64,000 bases of DNA from Vulcanimicrobiota bacterium (GTDB taxonomy: Bacteria > Vulcanimicrobiota > Vulcanimicrobiia > Vulcanimicrobiales > Vulcanimicrobiaceae). Below the pieces are notes generated by a model, which saw nothing but the letters and a program-made list of their open reading frames with translations, was not told where the DNA came from and ran no database searches. Both the position numbers and the translations under genes were made by a program. The stretch spans positions 1,792,001-1,856,000 of the forward strand of contig OY970223.1 of NCBI GenBank assembly GCA_963714015.1, in the 5' to 3' direction. Each line of letters begins with the position of its first letter. Position 1 is the first letter of the stretch. Positions 49,872 to 60,199 of this stretch are shown in pieces.

Positions 49872-51017
49872 GTGATGAATCCGAGCGTCGCGCGAATTTC
49901 GGGATCGCTGATCCGCGAGATTGCCGCCAAACGCAAGCCAACCTCGGCCGATCTGGGGCTTGGCGAACCCGCGCTTATGCCGAATGCGGTACATCTCGAG
50001 GCGGGCATGTCATACGCGCGCGCGCACGGTCTTCGCTACTCGCCCAATGCGGGAGATGCGCAGCTGCGTGCAGCGATCGCGCACCATTACGGCTATCCGC
50101 ACCTGCGCGATGCCGAAAACGTTTGCATCACCACGGGTTCACAAGAAGCCACGTACGCGGTCATCAAGACTGTGCTGGATCCGGCAAAGGACGAGTTGCT
50201 GGTTGTGGAGCCGGCCTTTCCCTCCTATGCGAAGATGGCGACGCTGGAGGGCGTTTCCGCGCGAAGCGTAGCGATGAGCGAAGCGGATGATTTTGCATTC
50301 GATCCGGAGCGCATTATCGCCGCCGTGACAGCGCAAACGCGCATGATCGTGATCTGCTCGCCGTGCAATCCGACCGCGCGGGTTATGGATCGCACGGCGG
50401 TCGAGACGCTGAGTGAAGCATTGCTGCGCCGGGGCGGCGAGCCGGTGTACGTTCTGCACGATGAAATCTATCGGGAGCAGACGTTCATTGCGGACGCGGG
50501 TTATTTTGCAGCGCGTTATCCCCACGCGATCGTGACGAACAGCCTGAGCAAGAGCAACGCGCTTACCGGCCTGCGCCTGGGGTGGGCGCTCACGCCTTCC
50601 GAACTTTCCTCGGGCCTCGTAAAAGTGCACGCGTGGCTGACCTCGTGCGCGGACACCTTCGCGCAGGCGGTTGCCGCAAGCATCTTTTCAACGCCGGGTG
50701 CCATCGCGGAGCATGCAGCTTGGTACCGGGAGCAGCATCGCGGCGTTCTGGAGATTTTACGCGCGAGCGGACTGCGTTACATCGCGCCGGAAGGAAGTTT
50801 CTACGCCTGCATACGACTGCCGGAGGGCCGAAGTTCGCTCGAGGCCGCGCATGCGTTGGCGGACGAGCACGACGTCATCGCGATTCCCGGAAGCGCGTTC
50901 GGCGCTTCTTTCCGGAACTGGCTGCGATTGAGCTGGGTCGCGCCGCTCGAGAACGTCCGCACGGGCGTCGACCGGATCGCCCAATACTGTCGACGTTTTG
51001 CCGCAGAACCTGACTAA
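49872..51017 (+). CDS. PLP-dependent class I/II aminotransferase (DapC-like by context)
   Basis: LGLGEP, SPCNPT, HDEIY, NSLSKS-ALTGLRLGW. Confidence 0.85.
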   Translation: MMNPSVARISGSLIREIAAKRKPTSADLGLGEPALMPNAVHLEAGMSYARAHGLRYSPNAGDAQLRAAIAHHYGYPHLRDAENVCITTGSQEATYAVIKTVLDPAKDELLVVEPAFPSYAKMATLEGVSARSVAMSEADDFAFDPERIIAAVTAQTRMIVICSPCNPTARVMDRTAVETLSEALLRRGGEPVYVLHDEIYREQTFIADAGYFAARYPHAIVTNSLSKSNALTGLRLGWALTPSELSSGLVKVHAWLTSCADTFAQAVAASIFSTPGAIAEHAAWYREQHRGVLEILRASGLRYIAPEGSFYACIRLPEGRSSLEAAHALADEHDVIAIPGSAFGASFRNWLRLSWVAPLENVRTGVDRIAQYCRRFAAEPD

Positions 51018-51469
51018 CCAGCCGCGGAGCGCTGCGCTCTCCGCGAAGCCTTTACTCCGGCAGCATCGGGTGCTTTGCCGCACCTCTCACAGGTGACGGC
51101 GACGCCGATATTTCCGCCGCATCCCTCGTGCACGATCTCGCTGCGATCGGCGCCTTTCGTCCAACGCCGGCCCCACGAACGCAGCGCCAGCACGACGGGT
51201 GCGAGCGCGCGTCCTTTCTCAGTCAAAACGTACTCATAACGATCCGGCGAGCTTTGATAAAGGGTTCGCTTGAGAATGCCTTCGCCGGTCAATCGCTTCA
51301 ATCGAGTCGCGAGAATGTTTTCGGATATTCCGGAACGCTTGAATTCGTCGAACCGGCGCGCTCCCAGCAGTGCGTCCCGGACGATAATAAGGGACCACCA
51401 CTCCCCCACGATGTCGAGCGAACGCGCGATGGGACAGGGCACGGCCGCGGCCAGGCTCGCATGTCGCAT
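51014..51469 (-). CDS. HxlR family winged-helix transcriptional regulator
   Basis: CPIARSLDIVGEWWSLIIVRD...RYEY-LTEKG. Confidence 0.9.
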   Translation of the reverse strand: MRHASLAAAVPCPIARSLDIVGEWWSLIIVRDALLGARRFDEFKRSGISENILATRLKRLTGEGILKRTLYQSSPDRYEYVLTEKGRALAPVVLALRSWGRRWTKGADRSEIVHEGCGGNIGVAVTCERCGKAPDAAGVKASRRAQRSAAG

Positions 51470-51475
51470 ATCCCC

Positions 51476-51536
51476 AGCATAGTTACTTGCATCATGGAAG
51501 TCAATGGCGTATACTCACTTCTATAATGCAAGTAAC
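51476..51536. promoter_or_regulatory. overlapping divergent promoters with two ACTT-N9-AAGT operator-like palindromes
   Basis: + TTGCAT-17-TATACT (51487-51515); - TTGACT-17-TATGCT (51503-51476); palindromes at 51485-51501 and 51517-51533. Confidence 0.65.
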
Positions 51537-51548
51537 AGGAGGAATATC

Positions 51549-52283
51549 GTGCTCCAATCGCTCGGCTTCATCCTCATCTTCGGGACGGTCGCTGCCGTCG
51601 TCGTAACGATCTCCATAACGCTCTTCTTGCGCCGCAGCAGGCAGGTTGCGGCGGCTTTAGCTTTGGGCGCGTGGATCGGGCTTCTCGTCGATGCGACGCT
51701 CAGCCACGCCATCGAGCAGCTCGCCGTCCTTTTCACCCTGTTCGTCGCGCCGCTTCTCGTGACGGCGATCGGAGCGGTAACGATTTCGGAATTTCGAGAG
51801 CGCCTCTTGAACGTTCCGAGCCGGCTGATCGCGGGCCTCAACGTTTTACGATCGATTGGCTTCCTTTTTGTCTGGTTGGGCTTTGCCGGTGCGCTTGGCG
51901 GACCGTTTCCGTTCTTGGCCGGATATGGAGACGTTGCAACCGGTTTGCTGGCTATTCCGCTGGCCCTTCGGCCGCCGGGTCCGGGCAAAGGCGATCGGCG
52001 ACTGTTGCTTTGGAACACATTTGGCGCGCTGGACCTGATCGTAGCGGTCGCGCTCGGCGTCCTCTCCAGCAATGGATCTCCGATTCAACTGATCCATGCC
52101 GGCGCAGGGTCGGCTGCAATCACGCAATTGCCGTGGGCGCTGATTCCGATCTTCCTGGTTCCGTGTTTCCTGATCGGTCACGGGGTTATTTACGCGCAAT
52201 TACTCGCCCGCCGCCATCTGCCGGCTATACAGGTGCCGCCCGAGGTCGCTGCGGCGCATCTTTCGAGAACCTGGAGCGGTTGA
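51549..52283 (+). CDS. integral membrane hypothetical protein
   Basis: AGGAGG RBS, GTG start; about 7 TM segments; AGYGDVATG, WNTFGALDL, LPWALIP-F-VP. Confidence 0.75.
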   Translation: MLQSLGFILIFGTVAAVVVTISITLFLRRSRQVAAALALGAWIGLLVDATLSHAIEQLAVLFTLFVAPLLVTAIGAVTISEFRERLLNVPSRLIAGLNVLRSIGFLFVWLGFAGALGGPFPFLAGYGDVATGLLAIPLALRPPGPGKGDRRLLLWNTFGALDLIVAVALGVLSSNGSPIQLIHAGAGSAAITQLPWALIPIFLVPCFLIGHGVIYAQLLARRHLPAIQVPPEVAAAHLSRTWSG

Positions 52284-52307
52284 GCGGGTGGTGGGAGGAA
52301 ACATGAC

Positions 52308-52949
52308 GTGAAGGTCGGCGTTCTGGGCAGTGGCGAGGTCGGAAAGCGCCTTGCCGGTGGTTTTGCTTCGCGCGGTCACGAGGTAACGATCGGATCGCGA
52401 AATCCCGAAAAACTCCAAACGTTCGTCGACGAAAGCGGCGGCCGGATACGAGCCGGAACGTTTGAAGAGGCGGCGCGGTTTGGGGAACTTATCGCGATCG
52501 CGACGTTGTTCGCGGGCACCCGAGAGGCGCTGGAACTCGCCGGGCCGCAGAATTTTTCAAGCAAGATCGCCATCGACGCTACCAATCCGCTCAAGTTTGA
52601 AGAGGGCAAGCTGCCGGAGCTTTCCGTCGGCTTGGACGACTCCGCCGGGGAGCAGATTCAACGGCAGCTGCCGGACGCGAAGGTCGTCAAGGCGTTCAAC
52701 ATCATCGGGAACGCCCACATGATCGATCCGCATTTCGCCGGCGGTCTGCCGACGATGTTCATCGCGGGAAATGACGAGAGCGCCAAGAAAACCGTCGCGG
52801 GCATCGTGGAGTCATTCGGCTGGAAAAACGAAGTGATCGACATGGGCGGAATCGAAGAATCGCGCGGGTTGGAGGCGATGGCCGTCGTCTGGATACATTA
52901 CGGTATCCGGTCGGGTTCCTGGAACCACGCTTTTAAATTACTTCGATAG
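52308..52949 (+). CDS. NADPH-dependent F420 reductase-like oxidoreductase
   Basis: GVLGSGEVG, IGSR, IDATNP, SAGE, VVKAFN. Confidence 0.85.
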   Translation: MKVGVLGSGEVGKRLAGGFASRGHEVTIGSRNPEKLQTFVDESGGRIRAGTFEEAARFGELIAIATLFAGTREALELAGPQNFSSKIAIDATNPLKFEEGKLPELSVGLDDSAGEQIQRQLPDAKVVKAFNIIGNAHMIDPHFAGGLPTMFIAGNDESAKKTVAGIVESFGWKNEVIDMGGIEESRGLEAMAVVWIHYGIRSGSWNHAFKLLR

Positions 52950-52969
52950 CGCTGAGGGGTGCATCCGAA

Positions 52970-53440
52970 TTGAAGACGCAAGGAATCGCTTTAGCGCTGC
53001 TCCTGGCCGGCACGATCGGTGCCGGCGCCAAGCCGGTCGATCCGCTTGGGTCGTTCGCTTTCATGATCGGATCGTGGAACTGCAGCTACACGCTCGGAGC
53101 GCAAACCGCGTCGTACAACGCGACGATGAGCTGGGCGATCGGCGGCAAATGGATTCGCGAGCGCGACTCTTGGGCCGGCGGCGCCGGCGACGAGGGGCTC
53201 TTTACGTACGATCGCACCAAGCGGCAATGGACCGAGGTCGTAATCGAGAGCCAGGGGCCTCCGACCTTGTTCGTGGCCGGCAACAGCGGCAGCGGGCGTA
53301 TCGCTTACCGCAGCGTGTATCCGGACGCCTCGATGACCGACACGATCGACCGCATCTCGCCCGTCAAATACACGATCCATTTTACGCAAACCGCCGCCGG
53401 CAAAACGACGCACTCGGTCGACGTCTGCACCAAACGGTAA
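52970..53440 (+). CDS. exported hypothetical protein (DUF1579/lipocalin-like)
   Basis: signal peptide; FMIGSWNC, FTYD...W, C-terminal CTKR. Confidence 0.55.
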   Translation: MKTQGIALALLLAGTIGAGAKPVDPLGSFAFMIGSWNCSYTLGAQTASYNATMSWAIGGKWIRERDSWAGGAGDEGLFTYDRTKRQWTEVVIESQGPPTLFVAGNSGSGRIAYRSVYPDASMTDTIDRISPVKYTIHFTQTAAGKTTHSVDVCTKR

Positions 53441-53472
53441 CCCTGCCTGCGACGCTGCTCTATCACGCAGAT

Positions 53473-54246
53473 TTACGAATCGTTGGCGACTATCACCAGG
53501 GTACGAGGCGTCTGGTCGGACGAAGCAAAGTCCGAATCGGGGACGCTGGCCGGGAATTTGTAGTCCCACATCATCGCGACGTCAGGCGTGCACGCCGGGA
53601 CGGCAAGCGCGGTGTAGGTAATCGGTACCGCATCGCAGGTCTGGCGAAGGTACCACATGTCCGCGACTGGGCCAAAGCCGTAGACGAGCACGCGATTCGG
53701 GTTCTGCGGTTCGGCGTAGATCATTTTCCAGACGCGATACGTCGTTGCGTCGACGACGAGTTCGCGCATGCGGAAGCGCAGCGGGTCCATCTTCGGTTCG
53801 AGCTTCAGGTCGTAGACCGGCGTGCCGTCGAAATCCATATACTGCACGCCCGCTACGTTATAAGGTAGCCAGAAGCTGTGGACCGAGGCAATCGTCCGCA
53901 GGCCGCTCGGGCCGGCGCCGCCTCCGAACGGGTCGGCACCAAGCACTCCGGTGCAGTGCAAATCGCTCACGCAAAATCCCAGCTGCGAATGGCCCGGGCC
54001 TTCGAGCGTCACACCGGGGTACTGAATCGGTTTTGCATTGTGCGAGGCGGGGATCGTTTCGACGTAGGCTTTTCCGTCGCTCGTGCGGATGATCACGCGC
54101 ACGGGATCGTTGGAGACCTGCTCGCTGAACGTCGTGAATTCAATGTACGGGGGAAGGCTTTGAATGTGCCAGGCACTCGCAGCGCGCTGAAGTATCGTCG
54201 TTCCCGTCGGCATTCCGGGCGGCGGCGTAGCAGGGACAAAAGGCAA
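53473..54246 (-). CDS. hypothetical protein, paralog of the adjacent gene
   Basis: GGAGG then TTG 54246; shares QSLPPYIEFTTF, VQYMDFDGTPVYDLKLE, YGFGPV and WYLRQTC with 54300-55076. Confidence 0.75.
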   Translation of the reverse strand: MPFVPATPPPGMPTGTTILQRAASAWHIQSLPPYIEFTTFSEQVSNDPVRVIIRTSDGKAYVETIPASHNAKPIQYPGVTLEGPGHSQLGFCVSDLHCTGVLGADPFGGGAGPSGLRTIASVHSFWLPYNVAGVQYMDFDGTPVYDLKLEPKMDPLRFRMRELVVDATTYRVWKMIYAEPQNPNRVLVYGFGPVADMWYLRQTCDAVPITYTALAVPACTPDVAMMWDYKFPASVPDSDFASSDQTPRTLVIVANDS

Positions 54247-54299
54247 TGCGGTCCTCCCGATAAATCCGAGCGGCTGGGAGGCCGTTTTTCGCCGCGAGG

Positions 54300-55076
54300 T
54301 TAGTGCGGCGCCTGCATTTGCATTGCGTGCTGCAGATACTGGTCCTTGTCGAAGTAGAAGTTCGGAAGCTGCTGGGGGAAGTCGTAATCCCAAATCATCT
54401 CACTATCAGGCATGCAGGCAGGAACCGCCAATCCCGATAGCCGCGTGGGGACCGAATAGCACGTTTGCCGCAGATACCAGATGTTCATCACCGGTCCGAA
54501 GCCGTAGGTGAGCAAGCGGTTCGGAAGCTGCGGCTGTGCGTACATCATCTTCCAGACGTGATAATTTCCGGCATCTACGATGATCTCTCGCATGCGGTAA
54601 CGGTCGGGGTCGGCCGACGCTTCCAGCTTCAGATCGTATACCGGCGTACCGTCGAAGTCCATGTACTGCACGCTGACGACGTCGTACGGGTTCTCGAACA
54701 CGTGCTCGCGGGCGATCGTCGGCAGCGGCGCTTGGCCCGCAGGCATCTGCTCGCCGAACGGATCTTGGCCGACCACGCCGATGCAGTGGCCCATGCTCAC
54801 GCATATTCCGAGCGGCGAATAGTCCGGCCCGAGCAGGCGAACGCCGGGATAGGCTATCGGCAGCTCGCCGGGGGAGGCAGGCATGGTTTGAACGTACGCG
54901 TGTCCGTCGGAAGTCCTGACCGCAACGCGAACCGGCTGGTCCGATATTTGCGCGATAAAGGTCGTGAACTCGATATAGGGCGGAAGGCTTTGTGAGTGCC
55001 ACACTGACTCGGCGCGCTCGAAGATGAGGTTTCCGGGCGGCATGTTCGTTGGTGGCGGCGCAGGCAAGAACGGCAT
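54300..55076 (-). CDS. hypothetical protein, paralog of the adjacent gene
   Basis: same motifs as 53473-54246; starts 4 nt after the aldehyde dehydrogenase stop. Confidence 0.75.
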   Translation of the reverse strand: MPFLPAPPPTNMPPGNLIFERAESVWHSQSLPPYIEFTTFIAQISDQPVRVAVRTSDGHAYVQTMPASPGELPIAYPGVRLLGPDYSPLGICVSMGHCIGVVGQDPFGEQMPAGQAPLPTIAREHVFENPYDVVSVQYMDFDGTPVYDLKLEASADPDRYRMREIIVDAGNYHVWKMMYAQPQLPNRLLTYGFGPVMNIWYLRQTCYSVPTRLSGLAVPACMPDSEMIWDYDFPQQLPNFYFDKDQYLQHAMQMQAPH

Positions 55077-55080
55077 AGCG

Positions 55081-56517
55081 TCACTCCGCTGGGCTTGCCG
55101 TTTTACTTTCGGCGTTCTCGGGGCCGATCCATACCGTCTGAACGTTCACGAATTCATGAATTCCGAAGGAAGAGAGTTCCCGTCCGTAACCGCTGCGCTT
55201 GACCCCGCCGAACGGCAAGCGCGGATCGCTCGCGACCATACCGTTTATGAAGACCAACCCGGACTCGATCTGCGCCGCCATTCGCGCAGCGTGGCCGGTG
55301 TCGCGGGTCCAAATGTTCGCACCCAATCCAAACGTGGAGTCGTTCGCCAGCGTGACGGCATGATCGTCGTTTTCGGCGCGGATGAGGGCGGCGGCCGGTC
55401 CGAAGGTCTCCTGCGCGTACATCGGCGACCCCGGAGCAACGTCGGCCACGACGGTTGGTTCAAAGAAGAAGCCCTCCCCGTCCATCGGCCGTCCGCCGGC
55501 AACGATGCGGCCGCCATCCACGACGGTCGCGGTAACTTGTTGGTACAGCGCATCGCGCAAGTCGCCGCGCGCGCAAGGGCCGATCTGCGTTTGTTCGTTC
55601 GCGGGGTCGCCCACGCGCTGTGCGCGAACCGCCTCGGCGAAGTGCGATACGAAGCGATCGTATGCGCGATCCTCGACGATAAACCGCTTGGCCGCGATGC
55701 AGCTCTGCCCGTTGTTCTGAAAACGCGACTTTACGGCGAACTCGACCGCCAGATCGAGGTCCGCGTCGGCGAGCACGATGAACGGGTCCGAACCGCCGAG
55801 TTCGAGCACGCACTTTTTGATCGCAGCGCCGGCGGCGGAACCGACCGCGACGCCCGCCCGTTCGCTTCCGGTCAAGGTGACTGCCGCAATGCGCGGATCG
55901 GCAATGCGCGCGTCCGCGTCGCCGTGATCGATCAGCAGCGTGCGAAAAAGTCCGTCGGGGGCGCCGGCTTGCGCGAATATTCGTTCGATCTCGAGCGCGC
56001 AGCGAGTCGTGCTGTCGGCGTGCTTGAGCACAATGGTATTGCCTGCCATGATGGCCGGAGCGGCGGCGCGGAAGACTTGCCAGTACGGAAAGTTCCACGG
56101 CATGATCGCAAAAAGCACGCCCAACGGACGAAACGCGACGAAGCTCTTCGTTCCGTTAGACTCCACGTCGCGATCGCTCAGCATCCGGGCGCCCTGTTCG
56201 GCGAAGAAGTCGCAGCACCAGGCGCATTTCTCGATCTCGGCGCGCGCCTGAACGATTGGCTTGCCCATCTCGCGCACGGCCGTCTGCGCGAGGTTCTCCA
56301 GATCCTCACGCAGTGCGGAAGCAACCGCGTGGAGCTGTGCGGTGCGCGTTTCGAACGGCTCGCGGCGCCAGTGGAAGAATGTTTCTCGCGCCGCGTCGAG
56401 ATGAGCGTCGATCTCTTCGGGAGTCATGTAGGAGAAGCGCTCGATGTCCCCACCCGTGGCGGGGTTCACCGTCGTAAAATCCGGCGTTTGTTCTCTGTTT
56501 CCGGCAAGCACTTTCAT
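55081..56517 (-). CDS. NAD(P)-dependent succinate-semialdehyde dehydrogenase-like aldehyde dehydrogenase
   Basis: [59 protein letters not shown]. Confidence 0.9.
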   Translation of the reverse strand: MKVLAGNREQTPDFTTVNPATGGDIERFSYMTPEEIDAHLDAARETFFHWRREPFETRTAQLHAVASALREDLENLAQTAVREMGKPIVQARAEIEKCAWCCDFFAEQGARMLSDRDVESNGTKSFVAFRPLGVLFAIMPWNFPYWQVFRAAAPAIMAGNTIVLKHADSTTRCALEIERIFAQAGAPDGLFRTLLIDHGDADARIADPRIAAVTLTGSERAGVAVGSAAGAAIKKCVLELGGSDPFIVLADADLDLAVEFAVKSRFQNNGQSCIAAKRFIVEDRAYDRFVSHFAEAVRAQRVGDPANEQTQIGPCARGDLRDALYQQVTATVVDGGRIVAGGRPMDGEGFFFEPTVVADVAPGSPMYAQETFGPAAALIRAENDDHAVTLANDSTFGLGANIWTRDTGHAARMAAQIESGLVFINGMVASDPRLPFGGVKRSGYGRELSSFGIHEFVNVQTVWIGPENAESKTASPAE

Positions 56518-59207
56518 AATGCGTGGATAGACCAGGGACCTGACGGTCCCGAAAAAACCTCGATGAGGCGGTCCGGCTCCAAGTACTCCTTTGCGACGCG
56601 CTGGATGTCCGCGGGTGTAATGTCCGCGTAACGCTTGGCCAGCGTTTGATAGTAGTTCGTACCCAGGTCGTCCTGGGCAATCTCCAGTACCTCGTCGAGT
56701 TGGCCTTCCGCCGACCCCTCGTCGAGCAACGCTTGGGAGACGAGACGAACCTTGGCTTGCGCGAGCTCCTCCCCAGAGACCGGATGCGTGCGCAAGCGTT
56801 CGAGTGAGTCTCGCACCAAGTCGATGGCTGCCGGAACGTTTGACGGAGCTGCGCTCAGCTGAATTTCAAAGTCGCCGCGATCGGCGTCGCTGTGCACGCG
56901 AGTGCCGACGCTGTAAACGAGTCCGCGCTTTTGACGCAACTCTTGGAAGAGTCGCGATTGGAAGTAGCCGGGACCACCGAGCAACTCCGCCAGCAGATTG
57001 AACGTGTCGTAGTCTCGGCTCTTACGGGAAACGGCCGGTTGACCGAGTTGAATATACACTTGATTTGCGGCGGTGCCGATGTAGGCGTGGGCGGTATGCG
57101 CAGCGGGAAGCGCAAGCTCGTTGCCGCTGGGGGTCGGCCCCGGCGACTTCCACGATCCGAACGCGGCCTCGACTGCGCTGCGCGCCTGCTCGGGCGTTAC
57201 GTCACCGACAATCGCAATCGACGTAAGGTCGGGGCGCCAGTAATGCTGCGTGTAGGAAACCAAATCGTCGCGCGTGATCGAGCTGATGGAATCCTGCGAT
57301 GCGTAGCGCAGTTCCGGATCGTCCGGAGCGAGCAGCCGCTCCAAGTACGCGCGATCGATCATCACGCCGGAGATCGTTTGTTCGCTGTTGACCGAGTTTG
57401 CCAGCTGCGAACGCTGCAAGTCCAACCAGCGTTCCGGGAAGTCGGGATGTTCTTCGCCGTCGCTCAGAATCGCGAGCAGGGTTCCGAAGTCGCGCGCAAG
57501 TCCGTGCGCCGAGAACGTTTGGCCGAGATTCACGTCGGCGCCGATATCATCGGTGACTTTGCGCAGCTGATTGAAATCGTAGTGCTCGCTGCCGAAGTTT
57601 GCCATCGCCGACGCAAGACGCACGATGCCTTCTTTTCCGGAAGGTATGAAAGCGGCGGACGAGTCAATCGATCCTTCGACGTACACGGTTGGCCGATCGG
57701 GTTTCGTTTGAACCACGAGGTGCAGGCCGTTGGGGAGCGTGAACTCGGTGGGAGACAGTTTGCTGCGCGCCGTGGTCGGCTTGCGCAACGCTGCGCGGAT
57801 CGATGCCGGTTCCACTATCGGTCCGTTGGGAACGCGGCTGCTGAAGTTGTCCGACGCGCCCGCATCGCTCTTCTGCGATTGGCTGTTTTCCGGGCGATCG
57901 TTCGGCGTGAGGTGGCCGACGACGTTCGGCTTCGAGAGATATTTGCGCGCCGCGTCAAGCAGTGTCTGCGGCGTGAGCGCCGCAAGGCGGGAGTCTTCGC
58001 CGGCGTTGCGCTCTTCGACGATTCCGTACGTATAGCCGACGAGGTCGCCGTATCCGCCGATGGAGTCCGCGCTGTAGATGCGATCTGCAAGCGTCGACCG
58101 TTTTGCCGCTTCGACCAAGCTCGGATCGAAGCCGGTCTCGAGCACCTGATTCATCGTGGATTGAAAGATCTGTTGTGCTTCTGCGCCCGTGTGTCCGGGG
58201 TTGAGCACGATGAAGACGTGCATCAGACCGCCGCGCAGCTGCGTATCGGCATTGGCTTCGAGCGTAAGCGCAACGTTGGATTCCACGAGCGCTTGGAAGA
58301 AGGGTCCGCGCTGATTCGGAATAAGCGATGCGAGCGTGCTGATTGCCGGCTCGCCCGGTTCGGTATCGCCGGGGACCGCGTACGCGAGATCCAGCACCTC
58401 GAACGAAAACGGAAATTCGGCTTCGACAACCTTACCGGTGGCGGCTTTGGGATGCAGCGGCTTGAAAGCGGGCAGCTTCTTGGCCGGAATCGATCCGAAG
58501 TCCCGCGCGGCCAGCGCGAAGACGGCGGTGTGGTCGACGTCGCCCGCCACGACCAGCGCGGCATTGTTGGGCGCGTACCATTCATTGTAATACTTGCGCA
58601 GATCTTGAACCGTTGCGGAAGCAACGTCCGAACGCACTCCCGTAGGCGTGCGGCCTGCCGGAAGGCCCGGATAGGCTGCGGCCCGCACGCGCGAAAGTAA
58701 ATTGAAGAACGGCGAACTGTCGTCGCCGTCGATTTCGCTCAGTACCGCGCGACGTTCGATATTCCATTCGGCAGCCGTGAGCGAGATGTGGCGCATGCGG
58801 TCCGCTTCGATTTGCAGCGCGATCGCAACGCGGTCCGCCGGCATGTCGAACAAGAAGTTGGTGTAATCGTAGTCCGTCGTGCCGTTCATCTGCGCACCGA
58901 GACGAGCGACGATATCGTCGAGTCCGCCGGCCGAAATGTCGGGTGTGCCCCGGAACATCATGTGTTCGAGCGCGTGTGCCAGGCCGGTTTTTCCGGGCGC
59001 TTCGTACAGCGAACCGAACTTGTACCAGACGGCGGTGTGCACGACCGGCGCAGCGCGATCTTCGACGACGATCACCTTGAGGCCATTGCCGAGTGTGGTC
59101 GAGTACACACCTCGATCGCCGACCCCGGCGTCCTGCTGCGCTCGAACGGAACCCGGGAGCAGCGCAGTAAGGAGCGCTAAAAATAGAGCCGGCACCAACA
59201 ATTTCAT
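56514..59207 (-). CDS. exported M16 family zinc protease (pitrilysin-like, two fused halves)
   Basis: signal peptide; GLAHALEHMMFRG inverted HxxEH motif; LRQKRGLVY in the C-terminal half. Confidence 0.88.
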   Translation of the reverse strand: MKLLVPALFLALLTALLPGSVRAQQDAGVGDRGVYSTTLGNGLKVIVVEDRAAPVVHTAVWYKFGSLYEAPGKTGLAHALEHMMFRGTPDISAGGLDDIVARLGAQMNGTTDYDYTNFLFDMPADRVAIALQIEADRMRHISLTAAEWNIERRAVLSEIDGDDSSPFFNLLSRVRAAAYPGLPAGRTPTGVRSDVASATVQDLRKYYNEWYAPNNAALVVAGDVDHTAVFALAARDFGSIPAKKLPAFKPLHPKAATGKVVEAEFPFSFEVLDLAYAVPGDTEPGEPAISTLASLIPNQRGPFFQALVESNVALTLEANADTQLRGGLMHVFIVLNPGHTGAEAQQIFQSTMNQVLETGFDPSLVEAAKRSTLADRIYSADSIGGYGDLVGYTYGIVEERNAGEDSRLAALTPQTLLDAARKYLSKPNVVGHLTPNDRPENSQSQKSDAGASDNFSSRVPNGPIVEPASIRAALRKPTTARSKLSPTEFTLPNGLHLVVQTKPDRPTVYVEGSIDSSAAFIPSGKEGIVRLASAMANFGSEHYDFNQLRKVTDDIGADVNLGQTFSAHGLARDFGTLLAILSDGEEHPDFPERWLDLQRSQLANSVNSEQTISGVMIDRAYLERLLAPDDPELRYASQDSISSITRDDLVSYTQHYWRPDLTSIAIVGDVTPEQARSAVEAAFGSWKSPGPTPSGNELALPAAHTAHAYIGTAANQVYIQLGQPAVSRKSRDYDTFNLLAELLGGPGYFQSRLFQELRQKRGLVYSVGTRVHSDADRGDFEIQLSAAPSNVPAAIDLVRDSLERLRTHPVSGEELAQAKVRLVSQALLDEGSAEGQLDEVLEIAQDDLGTNYYQTLAKRYADITPADIQRVAKEYLEPDRLIEVFSGPSGPWSIHAL

Positions 59208-59338
59208 CAGGCGATAAGGATACCAACTCGCCTGGTGTTTAGCCTGGCCGCCTCGTGCGGCGAACTTTGCAGCCCGATCCCCCTAGAGCGACCGCTCGCT
59301 TATGTTGCCTGGGGCGCATGTATGACGATCGCACTCGG

Positions 59339-60199
59339 TCAAATTACGGGCCTATTCCGTGAGAGGCCCAAGTAATATTCGGCGCAGTCGAGTACGGCGG
59401 CGTAAGGGATGCAGCCGATAAGCTCCGATCGCACGACCGGAACTCCGGCGTCGCGAGCCATGTCGCGAACGATTTCGACGATGCGATATAACGGCACGGC
59501 GCGATAGTCCGTAACGTTCAGCGAAACCTGGACTAAACTCTCGGAGAGCCGCAAGCCGAGCGCTTTTAGGGTACGCAAGCCTCCGTCACGTTCGCGAAGC
59601 GCGCGCGCAATACGCTTTGCAAAGGCGAGATCGCCGGTACCGAGTTCGATGTTGAATGCGATGAGAACGTCGCGAGCGCCGACGGCAACGGCGCCGGCGC
59701 TGGCATGTTTGGATACGTCGCCGAAGTCGGGGCGCCAATCGGAAAGTTCGAAGCGGGCGTCCAAGCCTTCGAATTGCCCCTGCCGGACGGATGCCAGATT
59801 GCGGCGCAGCACCGTAGTCGCAGCCTGGCCATATAAGAAGGAAGGTACGTGCAAGTCTTGCCAGATCGCCGCCGCCGTCTCTCTGGCCAATTCGACGGCG
59901 TCGCTCATCTTGGCGCCGTTGAGCGGAATGAAGGGGAGCACGTCCAGAGCACCAATGCGCGGATGAACGCCGGCATGTTTGCGCAAATCGATGCATTCTA
60001 CGCTTATCGCGGCGATGGCGAGCGCTGCTTTTCGCAGCGATTCGTAGTTGCCGACCATCGTCAGCACGCTGCGATTATGAACCGGATCGCTGGTGCGGTG
60101 CAGCACGCGCGCACCCTGCAGTTCGCAAGATTCTACGCAGCGATCGATGACGTCCAGATTTCGACCTTCGCTGATGTTGGGAACCGACTCGAAGAGCAT
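59339..60199 (-). CDS. ftcd: glutamate formimidoyltransferase (stand-alone FT domain)
   Basis: ESVPNISEGR, DPVHNRSV, IDLRKHAGVHPRIGALDVLPF, GAR-LIAFN, VQVSLN. Confidence 0.9.
   Translation of the reverse strand: MLFESVPNISEGRNLDVIDRCVESCELQGARVLHRTSDPVHNRSVLTMVGNYESLRKAALAIAAISVECIDLRKHAGVHPRIGALDVLPFIPLNGAKMSDAVELARETAAAIWQDLHVPSFLYGQAATTVLRRNLASVRQGQFEGLDARFELSDWRPDFGDVSKHASAGAVAVGARDVLIAFNIELGTGDLAFAKRIARALRERDGGLRTLKALGLRLSESLVQVSLNVTDYRAVPLYRIVEIVRDMARDAGVPVVRSELIGCIPYAAVLDCAEYYLGLSRNRPVI

Noticed and set aside
26947..58700. Long antisense ORFs such as 26947-28704, 29804-31207, 44343-45623, 55024-56631 and 56892-58700
   Set aside because: They are shadow frames opposite well-supported genes, as expected at high GC, and carry no motifs of their own.
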